Shown here: positions 37,809 to 45,961 of the stretch, one piece after another
How positions within the stretch are numbered: position 1 is the stretch's first letter
Layout of the letters: every line of letters starts with the position of its first letter
NCBI GenBank assembly: GCA_031288185.1
Contig: JAITRZ010000049.1
Location: 31,425 to 95,424, forward strand
DNA from: Coriobacteriales bacterium
Lineage (GTDB): Bacteria > Actinomycetota > Coriobacteriia > Coriobacteriales > UBA8131
Direction: 5' to 3'
Length of the DNA stretch: 64,000 nucleotides
The notes under the pieces: generated by a model
Seen by the model: the letters and a program-made list of their open reading frames with translations, nothing else
Told to the model about the DNA's origin: nothing
Database searches by the model: none
Program-made: the position numbers and the translations under genes

Positions 37809-37892
37809 TGGTACCCGGGGTGGGACTTGAACCCACACGTCTTTCGACAAAGGTTTTTGAGACCTCCGCGTCTGCCATTCCGCCACCCGGGC
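37809..37892 (-). tRNA. tRNA-Leu (anticodon CAA), long variable arm, CCA encoded
   Basis: Reverse complement GCCCGGG-TG-GCGGAATGGCAGACGC-GGAGGT-CTCAAAA-ACCTT-TGTCGAAAGACG-TGTGGG-TTCAAGT-CCCAC-CCCGGGT-A-CCA. Confidence 0.9.
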
Positions 37893-38045
37893 GCTGCGTG
37901 TTGCAGCGCAAGATTGTAACACAGCCCGGTCTTTCCTGCCTGTTGGCAGCATTGCCGGTAGCCCACATGAAGCCGCATGACGCCGAAGGCACGGATGTGC
38001 GATAATCGCCAACAGTAGAACCTGCCCAACCATGTAAGGAAAATC

Positions 38046-40076
38046 ATGCGACCTACCTTCCCCCGCCGCGCGATCATCACCGCTGGCATGCCTTACGCCA
38101 ATAAGGGGCTGCATTTTGGCCATATCGGTGGCGTTTTTGTGCCCGCTGACTGCTACGCGCGTTTCCTGCGCGACCGCATCGGTAGCGCCAACGTGCTTTT
38201 TGTCAGCGGCACTGACTGCTACGGTTCTCCTATTGATGAAGGCTATCGCAAACTTGTCAAGGACGGCTTTGCGGGCAGCATTGAGGATTATGTCCTGAGC
38301 AATCACCGGGCCCAGGTTAAAGCCCTGCGCTGCTACGATATTTCCCTGGACATCTTTGAAGGGTCAGGGCTTGGTAAATGCAAGGATGTTCACGCCCGGC
38401 TCAGTAGCGAGATCATCTGCCGGATGTATGGGCAGGGTTGGTTGGAGCCAGAAGCCAGCGCGCAGTTTTTTGACGAGCAGGTCAAGCAGTTCCTTAATGG
38501 TCGTCAGGTGCTGGGGCACTGTCCGGTACAAGGCTGCAAGAGTCGCATCGCCTATGCTGATGAATGTGAGCTTGGCCACCAGTATCGTCCCCAGGATCTG
38601 TGCAATCCTATAAGCAGTGTCACTGGCAGCCGCCCTGAGCTCGTCGCCGTCACCAACTGGTATCTGCGCCTGCCGGAATTTAGTACCCAGCTTAGGGCCT
38701 ATGTACAGCGCCTGCGCCTTGATGAGCGCGTGCGTCCCCTGGTGACAAACACTATCGCTGAGTTTTTGCAGCCCCCGATAATGTATGTCAAGCAGGAGTT
38801 TTATGATGTCTATCAGGCCCTGGCGCCACGCTTGCCGCAACATAGTTACCGCCCGGTGGAAAAAGGTAAGGCCTCCTTTGAACTGGAATTTGATGACCTG
38901 GCCAACCGTGATGCGGCTCGTGACCAGTTGGAGGCCGCTCACATTCGCCTGCGCACCGGCAAGACCCTGGTGCCTTTCAGGCTCACGGGTAATGTGGCCT
39001 GGGGGGTGCCGGCTCCCGCTATCGAGGGAATACAGGAGCGCACCATCTGGTGCTGGCCGGAGTCGCTGTGGGCGCCCATCAGTTTTAGCCGCTGCTGGTT
39101 GGAAAATCAGGGTGAAGGTGTGGAGAGTCTCAATCCTGCAAGCGCGCATCGCGTACAAGGTAACTGGGAAGATTTTTGGCAGAATCCAGAGTCCCAGGTC
39201 TACCAATTTATCGGCCAGGACAACATCTACTTCTACGGCATCGCACAAACCGCTCTTTGGGCAGCGCTGGCCAGACAGTCTGGCCCTGATGCCGTCACCG
39301 CCCCCGGCAACTACCAGCAAACTTTGCTGGTGGCTAATTACCATCTGCTGTTCATGGACAAAAAGGCATCGTCTTCTGGAACCGTCAAGCCGCCGACGGC
39401 CCTGGAATTGCTGGAGCACTACCAAAGCGAGGAGCTGCGCATTCACTTTCTCTCCTTGGGACTGGGCCTGAAGCCAGTCAATTTTCAGCCCAAGGCATTC
39501 AATCCGGCCGCTGTGGAGGGCACCCCTGACCCCGTACTAAAGGAAAGCGCGCTGCTTACCAATGTCTTTAACCGGCTTGCGCGTTCCTGTTTTTATGAAG
39601 CGCAGCGTCACTTTTCAGGACGTCTGCCCCTGGCTGACCTACCAGGCGTGCTCAAAGAAGATGCCACAACCACTATCCTCGCCTATGAACAGGCCATGTA
39701 TCGTACCGAGCTGCACACGGCTACGCAGCTGGCCAGCGACTTCATTCGCCGCGCCAACAAATACTGGTCAGAGGGCATCCAGACCGCTGGTGAGGATCTG
39801 GAACAGCGTCGTCAGGTTCTGGCGGGCTCTTTTTACTTACTTAGGGTGGCAACGGTGTTGATGCACCCGATAGTGCCGGGAGGCACACAACTCATTTTTC
39901 AACAGTTGAATTTTGACATTTCAGTCGAGGATTTCTTTTCCTGGGAAAAAATCTTTTTGGGCAATGAAATCTTTTTCACAGACGAGGATATACAGGCAGG
40001 TGGACATCCCGTGAGGGAGTTGCCGCCGCGCTTTGACTTTTTCGCGCGTCATCCAAGCCAGCAACAACGGGCGTAG
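38046..40076 (+). CDS. metG: methionine--tRNA ligase
   Basis: Class I HIGH motif (PYANKGLHFGHIGG), zinc-knuckle-like insert (CPVQGCKSRIAYADECELGH), degenerate KMSKS (KKASSSG). Confidence 0.85.
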   Translation: MRPTFPRRAIITAGMPYANKGLHFGHIGGVFVPADCYARFLRDRIGSANVLFVSGTDCYGSPIDEGYRKLVKDGFAGSIEDYVLSNHRAQVKALRCYDISLDIFEGSGLGKCKDVHARLSSEIICRMYGQGWLEPEASAQFFDEQVKQFLNGRQVLGHCPVQGCKSRIAYADECELGHQYRPQDLCNPISSVTGSRPELVAVTNWYLRLPEFSTQLRAYVQRLRLDERVRPLVTNTIAEFLQPPIMYVKQEFYDVYQALAPRLPQHSYRPVEKGKASFELEFDDLANRDAARDQLEAAHIRLRTGKTLVPFRLTGNVAWGVPAPAIEGIQERTIWCWPESLWAPISFSRCWLENQGEGVESLNPASAHRVQGNWEDFWQNPESQVYQFIGQDNIYFYGIAQTALWAALARQSGPDAVTAPGNYQQTLLVANYHLLFMDKKASSSGTVKPPTALELLEHYQSEELRIHFLSLGLGLKPVNFQPKAFNPAAVEGTPDPVLKESALLTNVFNRLARSCFYEAQRHFSGRLPLADLPGVLKEDATTTILAYEQAMYRTELHTATQLASDFIRRANKYWSEGIQTAGEDLEQRRQVLAGSFYLLRVATVLMHPIVPGGTQLIFQQLNFDISVEDFFSWEKIFLGNEIFFTDEDIQAGGHPVRELPPRFDFFARHPSQQQRA

Positions 40077-40162
40077 ACAAAACCGTCGTTGTCATCCGGT
40101 AGGCATGAAAAAACCGGCAGCACCGTCAGGTATAGGTACAGCCGCCGCAGGCCCGATGATTT

Positions 40163-41092
40163 TTAGTCCTGTTTACCGTTAAAGATAGCCAGGGCCTGCT
40201 CAACACTTTGGTCATCTAAGGTGATAGCGCTGATCGCCTTAGTCAGGCGCACAGCCTCAGAGAGAGAGCGTTGATGGATGTTGCGACCGGTGGCGTTTCC
40301 GCTGGCGCCTCCAAGGTGAATTTGCTCATACAATTGGGTTAAGAAGGCCCTGGCATCCACCGTAGAGCCACCCGCACAAACCAGGCCCGTGCGTCCGGCT
40401 GCTTGTGAAGCGCGGGACAGAAGCTGGGCTGAGCTGGCCTCAGCGCTGGCTGCTGGCGGATTGACCTTAACAAAATCCGCGCCCAGACACAGCGCCACCC
40501 CAGCCGCTCCCGCAATTAGATCAGCGCTTTTTTCATTGGTCACCGCCTTGCCACGAGGATAAATCCAGAGCACCACTAAAAGGCCGTTGGCATGGGCCTC
40601 GGCTATCAATTCACCCGCCTCCGCCAGCATCGTGGCCTCATATTCTGACCCCAGGTAGATGGTATAGCCAATGCCAACGATATTGAGACCTGTCGCCGCA
40701 AGCGCCACTACAGATTCCAGTGAATAAAGCTGGGCTGAATAGGGATCATCCTGCGAGGTTTTGACCAGGTTGGTCTTGGAATTCATCTTGATAAGGTAGT
40801 TTAGTTGCGCATAGTCGGCACCATAGCGGGCAATCAGGCCACGCTGGCCGGCCAACACACCTACGGTACCCTCGCTGGCTATCCTGAAGAGATGTTCAGG
40901 ATCATTATCGGCTGGGTCAATGTCAGGGCCAAAAAAATCGCCATTTAGATGTTCGATCTTCTGGTCACAGGCAAATAGCATGAGACGACCGGTTCCTTTG
41001 GTTGCGGCAAGGTAGTTCTCAACATAGACGCTGCGCGCTTCGCTCAAAACATCCAAGGGTATGCGCACATCTGTCGCGCTGATTTCAGGCAT
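40163..41092 (-). CDS. DhnA/FbaB/LsrF-family class I aldolase
   Basis: Family-typical LFACDQKIEH, GVLAGQ, and Schiff-base Lys context GADFVKVNPP. AGGAGG RBS before ATG 41092. Confidence 0.7.
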   Translation of the reverse strand: MPEISATDVRIPLDVLSEARSVYVENYLAATKGTGRLMLFACDQKIEHLNGDFFGPDIDPADNDPEHLFRIASEGTVGVLAGQRGLIARYGADYAQLNYLIKMNSKTNLVKTSQDDPYSAQLYSLESVVALAATGLNIVGIGYTIYLGSEYEATMLAEAGELIAEAHANGLLVVLWIYPRGKAVTNEKSADLIAGAAGVALCLGADFVKVNPPAASAEASSAQLLSRASQAAGRTGLVCAGGSTVDARAFLTQLYEQIHLGGASGNATGRNIHQRSLSEAVRLTKAISAITLDDQSVEQALAIFNGKQD

Positions 41093-41347
41093 TGTTCCTC
41101 CTGTCCGGATTTTCAAAACTCGCCTGCCCTGTCGCCTTCCCTACAGGCGAACAGAACCGATACGTATCTTAGCCTATATCAGGCAAACAGTGCGACAACA
41201 ATAAAAAACTCTGGCCTCCACCTTTGGCTCCAACGGTGGCACCAACAGTGTTACTTTTTTGACTTTGACCTCTGTTCTGCTGCGCACTGTGTGGCAGCGA
41301 CAGGTGACGGTGGCCGCTCTCTCGTAGGCTCATAGGGGACTCTCGTG

Positions 41348-41605
41348 CTATCTCGCTCCGTGCACCGCTGCGTAGCTGCCAAGAAGTTCCCGGATCATAG
41401 CCTGGTACCTCACCCCCCGCTTCGCCGCCTCCCGCTTAAAGAAATCCACGCTGGATCGATCAAGCATAATAGTCACGCGCTGCTTTTCCATCTGGCACGC
41501 AAGTTCTTCTGGGGACGGCAGGAAATCCCCTGTGATGGTAACAGCTCTGTCCAATGCCGCAGCGACATCCGGTGGTGTTTCAGTGTATGTTGCTCTTTTG
41601 GTCAT
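41348..41605 (-). CDS. brnA: BrnA-type (CopG/RHH-like) antitoxin
   Basis: DFLPSPEEL...KQRVTIMLDRSSVDFFKREAAKRGVRYQAMIRELL matches the BrnA/COG3514 pattern. Overlaps the end of the brnT frame. Confidence 0.75.
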   Translation of the reverse strand: MTKRATYTETPPDVAAALDRAVTITGDFLPSPEELACQMEKQRVTIMLDRSSVDFFKREAAKRGVRYQAMIRELLGSYAAVHGAR

Positions 41606-41855
41606 AGAGTGTCTTTCCTTTTCGCCAGTATCCGGCTCCGATTATCCGTATTTTTCCGTTACATCAAGTGAAGCGCACCGCGAGTATATCGCCCTTCGTA
41701 TTTCCGATGCAAAAATAACGGGCCTTTTCTGCTGAATGTCGAGCGTCCTCAAGTATCAGGCGCCTGGAGTTAATGAACGCAAGTCATGCCATCTCAAAAG
41801 AGACGCCATGCTTGCGTTTGTTGGCTCGCTCCTTATCTTCATCCCATTCAAACAT
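41580..41855 (-). pseudogene. brnT: BrnT (DUF497) toxin reading frame interrupted by two in-frame TGA codons
   Basis: Single frame reads MFEWDEDKERANKRKHGVSFEMA*LAFINSRRLILEDARHSAEKARYFCIGNTKGDILAVRFT*CNGKIRIIGAGYWRKGKTLYDQKSNIH*. The in-frame TGA codons are at 41784-41786 and 41664-41666. FEWDEDK..N..KHGVSFE and IRII are DUF497 hallmarks. Confidence 0.7.
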
Positions 41856-42030
41856 ACATCATATTATACATATATTTATGTGCATGCAAATAGGAGAGGA
41901 TAGCAACCACATGGCCAGTATTCCTGGGAAGTCATCTCAGGGGGCGCTCACTAAGACCTATCGGTGGAGTAATTATCAGTTACTCACTAACAATCCCACC
42001 GGGGATGGATACTTCAAAAGGTGCAAGCAT

Positions 42031-42999
42031 CTAACCGTCACGCACGCGCCTGCGAAGGCGGGGTTTGAAGGTCAGCTGAGTTAACACAACCGCGCCAAAC
42101 ATCAGCAGGCTGCCCAACGCCTCATGAGCGCTCAGACTCTCGCCTAATAAAACAAAACCGCCCAGCAAGCCAAATACCGCTTCAAGACTCATGATGACCG
42201 CAGCGGATTGAGGTTTGGCATACCTTTGTCCCAAGGCCGCCAGCGTAAAGGCCAGGCCGGTGGAAAGTATGCCGGCGTAAAGAATCTCCGGTGCGACCAG
42301 CCCCAGGGTTTTAACGCTCAGCGGCACAGTAACAAAAAGCGTGTCAAGCACCGGAGCACTAACCAAGGACAGCACGCCAGCCACCGCAAACTGTATGACA
42401 CAAAAGCGCAGCAGCTGTCTGAGGGTAAACCGAGGGGCAAAGTGGCCAACCAGCAGAATGTGAATGGCCCAGAAAAATGCGCAGATGAGGAGCAGGATGT
42501 CGCCGGAACCCAGACGCAGTGTTTCGCTCACGCACAGTAGATATAAACCACAGGCCGCCAGGGCAACGCTTACCCAGCTGTTCCAGCTGATTTTTTGCCG
42601 GAAAGCAAGTCCCAAGAGCGGCACTAACACGATATAGAGGGTTGTTATAAAGGCAGCCTTTGAAGCGCTTTCATAGACCATACCAATCTGTTGCAGGTTG
42701 GAGGCGAAGTAGAGAACTAAACCACACAAGGTGCCGCTTACCACCAGAGAGCGCCAGGTGTCAGTGGCGACGGGTTTCCTCTTGTGCTGGTGTCTCAAAT
42801 GGGTAACAACCTGCCCGGCGGCCAATCCTATCAGAAGAGTTAATGCGCCAAGCAACTCGCGCAGCCCGTTAAAGAGAAAGGGGCCGATGTAGTCCATGCC
42901 AGAACGTTGTGCCACAAAACACATGCCCCAGATAAAGGCCGTCAGGGTAAGAAGCAGGGTGGAACTTAGGGTTGTATGACGCATGTTAGTTGGCCTCAA
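42031..42999 (-). CDS. DMT-superfamily (EamA-like) transporter
   Basis: About 10 predicted TM helices and a duplicated EamA-like architecture. Confidence 0.8.
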   Translation of the reverse strand: MRPTNMRHTTLSSTLLLTLTAFIWGMCFVAQRSGMDYIGPFLFNGLRELLGALTLLIGLAAGQVVTHLRHQHKRKPVATDTWRSLVVSGTLCGLVLYFASNLQQIGMVYESASKAAFITTLYIVLVPLLGLAFRQKISWNSWVSVALAACGLYLLCVSETLRLGSGDILLLICAFFWAIHILLVGHFAPRFTLRQLLRFCVIQFAVAGVLSLVSAPVLDTLFVTVPLSVKTLGLVAPEILYAGILSTGLAFTLAALGQRYAKPQSAAVIMSLEAVFGLLGGFVLLGESLSAHEALGSLLMFGAVVLTQLTFKPRLRRRVRDG

Positions 43000-45001
43000 G
43001 CGAAGGGTTTGGCGATATGTCCGTGTTTGGTACGTTCGGTTTGCCTGGCGGCATATCGGTGTTTAGCGGCCTATAGAGCTCCTGGAGCCTTCGCAAAACG
43101 GTGCCAGAATCCAGGTATGGCCTTGCCTTATCCACAAATCCATTGGTGATAGGCCAGTTTCTCTGGGCCGTGAAATCCACACCGTCCAACTTAGGCGCCC
43201 AAGGCTCCTGGCGTCGTTTGAATTCTGCGGCCTGTACCCTGTGAAGCACATCCGTGACCATGGCGACATCACCGAGTCCCTCAGGTGCCTGGTTGCCACA
43301 TGAGGTAACGATGTCCGAGGCGCCCTTGTTTTCTTCAACGTGCATCTGAAGGATAGTATCCAGAAGTTCGTAGTCCGGCAAACTGTCGGTATCTCTTTGC
43401 CCAGGATAGAGTTCAGCTGAAGGCGGCTTGGCCAGCACAGAGGCGGGAATCACCTCTCCCGTGCTGTTGCGCCAGCGGGCCAGCGCGTAGACCCCGGTCT
43501 TGTAGACATTGCCCAGGGGGGCCATGATGCCCGCGGTATCGCCATAGAGGGTTGAATAACCCATGGCGGCTTCTGATTTATTGCCGGTGTTAAGCAGGAG
43601 CCAGTTAAAACTATTGGAAAAATACATCAAAACAACGGTACGCAGACGGGCCTGGAGGTTTTGGATCGCCAGATCTGAACCCCGTGTGCCTACAAGCCGT
43701 AGAAACTGCTGCCCAAAGGTGGTAAACAGCTCATCAAGTGCAAATATCTGAGTGCTGATTCCCAAATTGGCAGCCAGTTGTTCAGCGTCACGAAGAGAGG
43801 AGGCGGAAGAATGGGGGGAGGGCATCAGCAGGCCGTGGACGTGTTCTGGCCCCAGAGCGTCTGAGGCAAGTGTCGCCACTACCGCTGAGTCGATACCACC
43901 AGAGATACCCAGCGCCACGTCGGTAAAGGCATTTTTGTGCAAATAGTCAGAGATTGCCAGGCAGAGCGCTGCCCACTGTTCTTCCGGGGGCATAATCGTC
44001 CTGGCCGGCTGCTCGTTTGCCTGCTTGCGGGAGGAGGTGGGTTGTTGCTTTACCAGCTGGCTCTGCTGGAGTTGATTCAAAGGAGCAGATTTCCGTGCAG
44101 GCTCGCACGCATCAACATCTCCATCAAGTGCGCGCGCGTCAATATCTCTATCCGGGGAGGCGTTGGCATTCCCGCTGAGAGAAGCACACAGAATCTCTTC
44201 ATTAAAAAGCGACGCTGCGGCCCGTAAGGTTCCAGCAGAGGAGATTATCAGGCTCCCGCCAGCAAAGACGGTGCTGTCTGCGGCTCCACAAAGGTCGGCA
44301 ACTACCAGCGCGCAGGCACGCGCACGAGCGTCTGCGCATAACCTATCGGTTGAGGTGAGGAGCGTTTTGGCCCCCTGACAGGGTAAGGCGAGCATCATGA
44401 TAAGGGCCTCAGATTGATCATAATCGGCCTCACAGACAACGCGATTAAAAAGCACGGTGAGACGATGGCCGTTGATGTCCAGGCGCACCCCAGGCTGTGG
44501 CTGCAACCTGCCGTCAGTTAAGGGAGTGTTAAAACCCAGGGCCCTGCTTCGATTACCCTGCGCCAATAGCACCTCCGGATAGCAATACGGAAAAACGGGA
44601 GAGGGCGGCTGCGGTGAAGGGTCACTAACGGGCCAGGGATTCTCTAGAGCCTGCACATTGCTCACAAGCAAAGGGCTCTCCGTGGCCTGCGCGTCACGAG
44701 CGGGCCAGAGGTTCTTTGTGGTCTGCGCGTTAGGTTTAAACGATGGCAGGACGGTACCAATCAGGGTCGGAAGCCTGGCCTCAGAGCAAAAACGGCGCGC
44801 AACTTCCACGCATTCTCTGGAAAAAGCCGTGTGGGTGGACAGGCCGCCTAGCGGCGTGCCGCTTAACGCAAAGGCCGGAAAGACCACAAGAGCGGGTGGA
44901 TCAGATAGCTGGGCCAACTCCTCCACCTGGGATAAAGCCCGCTCGCAGTTTTGTTGAAGTGCCCCAACAACGGGATTACATTGAACAACTGCCACATACA
45001 T
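42986..45001 (-). CDS. nadE: NAD+ synthetase with diverged N-terminal CN-hydrolase domain
   Basis: Synthetase P-loop GISGGIDSAV. N-terminal nitrilase-like fold (VVFPAFALSG, VCEAD, VFAGGSLII). AGGAGG RBS 7 nt before ATG 45001. Confidence 0.85.
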   Translation of the reverse strand: MYVAVVQCNPVVGALQQNCERALSQVEELAQLSDPPALVVFPAFALSGTPLGGLSTHTAFSRECVEVARRFCSEARLPTLIGTVLPSFKPNAQTTKNLWPARDAQATESPLLVSNVQALENPWPVSDPSPQPPSPVFPYCYPEVLLAQGNRSRALGFNTPLTDGRLQPQPGVRLDINGHRLTVLFNRVVCEADYDQSEALIMMLALPCQGAKTLLTSTDRLCADARARACALVVADLCGAADSTVFAGGSLIISSAGTLRAAASLFNEEILCASLSGNANASPDRDIDARALDGDVDACEPARKSAPLNQLQQSQLVKQQPTSSRKQANEQPARTIMPPEEQWAALCLAISDYLHKNAFTDVALGISGGIDSAVVATLASDALGPEHVHGLLMPSPHSSASSLRDAEQLAANLGISTQIFALDELFTTFGQQFLRLVGTRGSDLAIQNLQARLRTVVLMYFSNSFNWLLLNTGNKSEAAMGYSTLYGDTAGIMAPLGNVYKTGVYALARWRNSTGEVIPASVLAKPPSAELYPGQRDTDSLPDYELLDTILQMHVEENKGASDIVTSCGNQAPEGLGDVAMVTDVLHRVQAAEFKRRQEPWAPKLDGVDFTAQRNWPITNGFVDKARPYLDSGTVLRRLQELYRPLNTDMPPGKPNVPNTDISPNPSLEAN

Positions 45002-45074
45002 TCCTGCCTCCTTTCCCCACGCCATAAGCGATGCCACAAGCTGCTGTTCCTCAGTGCTTCAGTGTTAGCAACAA

Positions 45075-45884
45075 TCAATATTCACTTAAACCCAACTCTA
45101 ACTCAGCGCCAATGCTGGTGGGCTCATCATGGCCAGGTAATACCAGCGTTTCAGGCGGCAGTTCCTTCAAACGTTGCAGGGAGGTATGCATACTGGCCGG
45201 GCTACCACCCACAAAGTCGGTGCGTCCGCAGGTGCCCTTAAAAAGCGTGTCGCCGCTAAACAGTTGCGCGCCCGCCTGGTCATACAGGCAGATACTGCCA
45301 CGGGTATGTCCGGGGGTGTGAATAATCTCCAGGTTTATGTCGCCAAAAGTAATATGCTCTCCGTCGCGCAAAAGCACATCCACACGGGGGGCAATATTGC
45401 TAAGCAGTGGGTTATGAAAATCCTTGAAACGGCCGTAGAGCTTTTTTGAAAAGGCCGCGTAGCCGTTTCTTATCTGCTGATAGTTAGTTGCTATGGCCTC
45501 AGCATCCAGTTCATGCGCATAGACTTTGGCGCCGCTGCTGTGGGCCAGGGATGCCACGCCGCCAATGTGGTCATAGTGACCATGCGTGAGCAGTATCGCC
45601 ACCAGCTTAGCGCTGCCAAGAGCGGCAAGGATGCGCTCAGGCTGATCACCGGGATCAATGACAACCGCTATCTCTGTCGTGCCTGGTGACGATTCCTTTA
45701 CCGGGTTGGCCTCACCGGCACCACCGGCACATTCTTTCGCTATGTCCCGTTCAGCTGTTCTCTGTGCTTCTGGCACCCTTACATCCACCAGCTCGTCTGT
45801 CTCCGCAACACCAGAGAGCACATAACAGTTTGTGGTAAAGTGGGGATTTCTGGCAATCCGTACAGGAATAGTCTGAACCTTCAT
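45075..45884 (-). CDS. MBL-fold metallo-hydrolase (glyoxalase II-like)
   Basis: LTHGHYDHIGG metal motif and HTPGHTRGS. Start set at MKVQTIPV. Confidence 0.75.
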   Translation of the reverse strand: MKVQTIPVRIARNPHFTTNCYVLSGVAETDELVDVRVPEAQRTAERDIAKECAGGAGEANPVKESSPGTTEIAVVIDPGDQPERILAALGSAKLVAILLTHGHYDHIGGVASLAHSSGAKVYAHELDAEAIATNYQQIRNGYAAFSKKLYGRFKDFHNPLLSNIAPRVDVLLRDGEHITFGDINLEIIHTPGHTRGSICLYDQAGAQLFSGDTLFKGTCGRTDFVGGSPASMHTSLQRLKELPPETLVLPGHDEPTSIGAELELGLSEY

Positions 45885-45961
45885 TGATTCTCTGTCCTTT
45901 CTGATGATGCGGCAACAGCGGGAGCAGAGACCGGCACACGGGTACACCGGAACCTGCATTC

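Noticed and set aside
38364-39446. 360-aa ORF on the minus strand
   Set aside because: It lies entirely antisense to metG, which has clear class I aaRS motifs. It has an Arg/Leu/Gly/Gln-rich composition, no recognisable motif and no RBS. This is typical of spurious antisense frames in GC-rich coding DNA.
41580-41855. In-frame TGA codons of brnT read as selenocysteine or as evidence of a reassigned genetic code
   Set aside because: TGA clearly functions as a stop elsewhere in the window, for example tadZ (2517-2519), the HAD gene (13697-13699) and tadC (5611-5613). I saw no SECIS-like hairpin directly downstream. Nonsense mutation or leaky read-through are simpler explanations.
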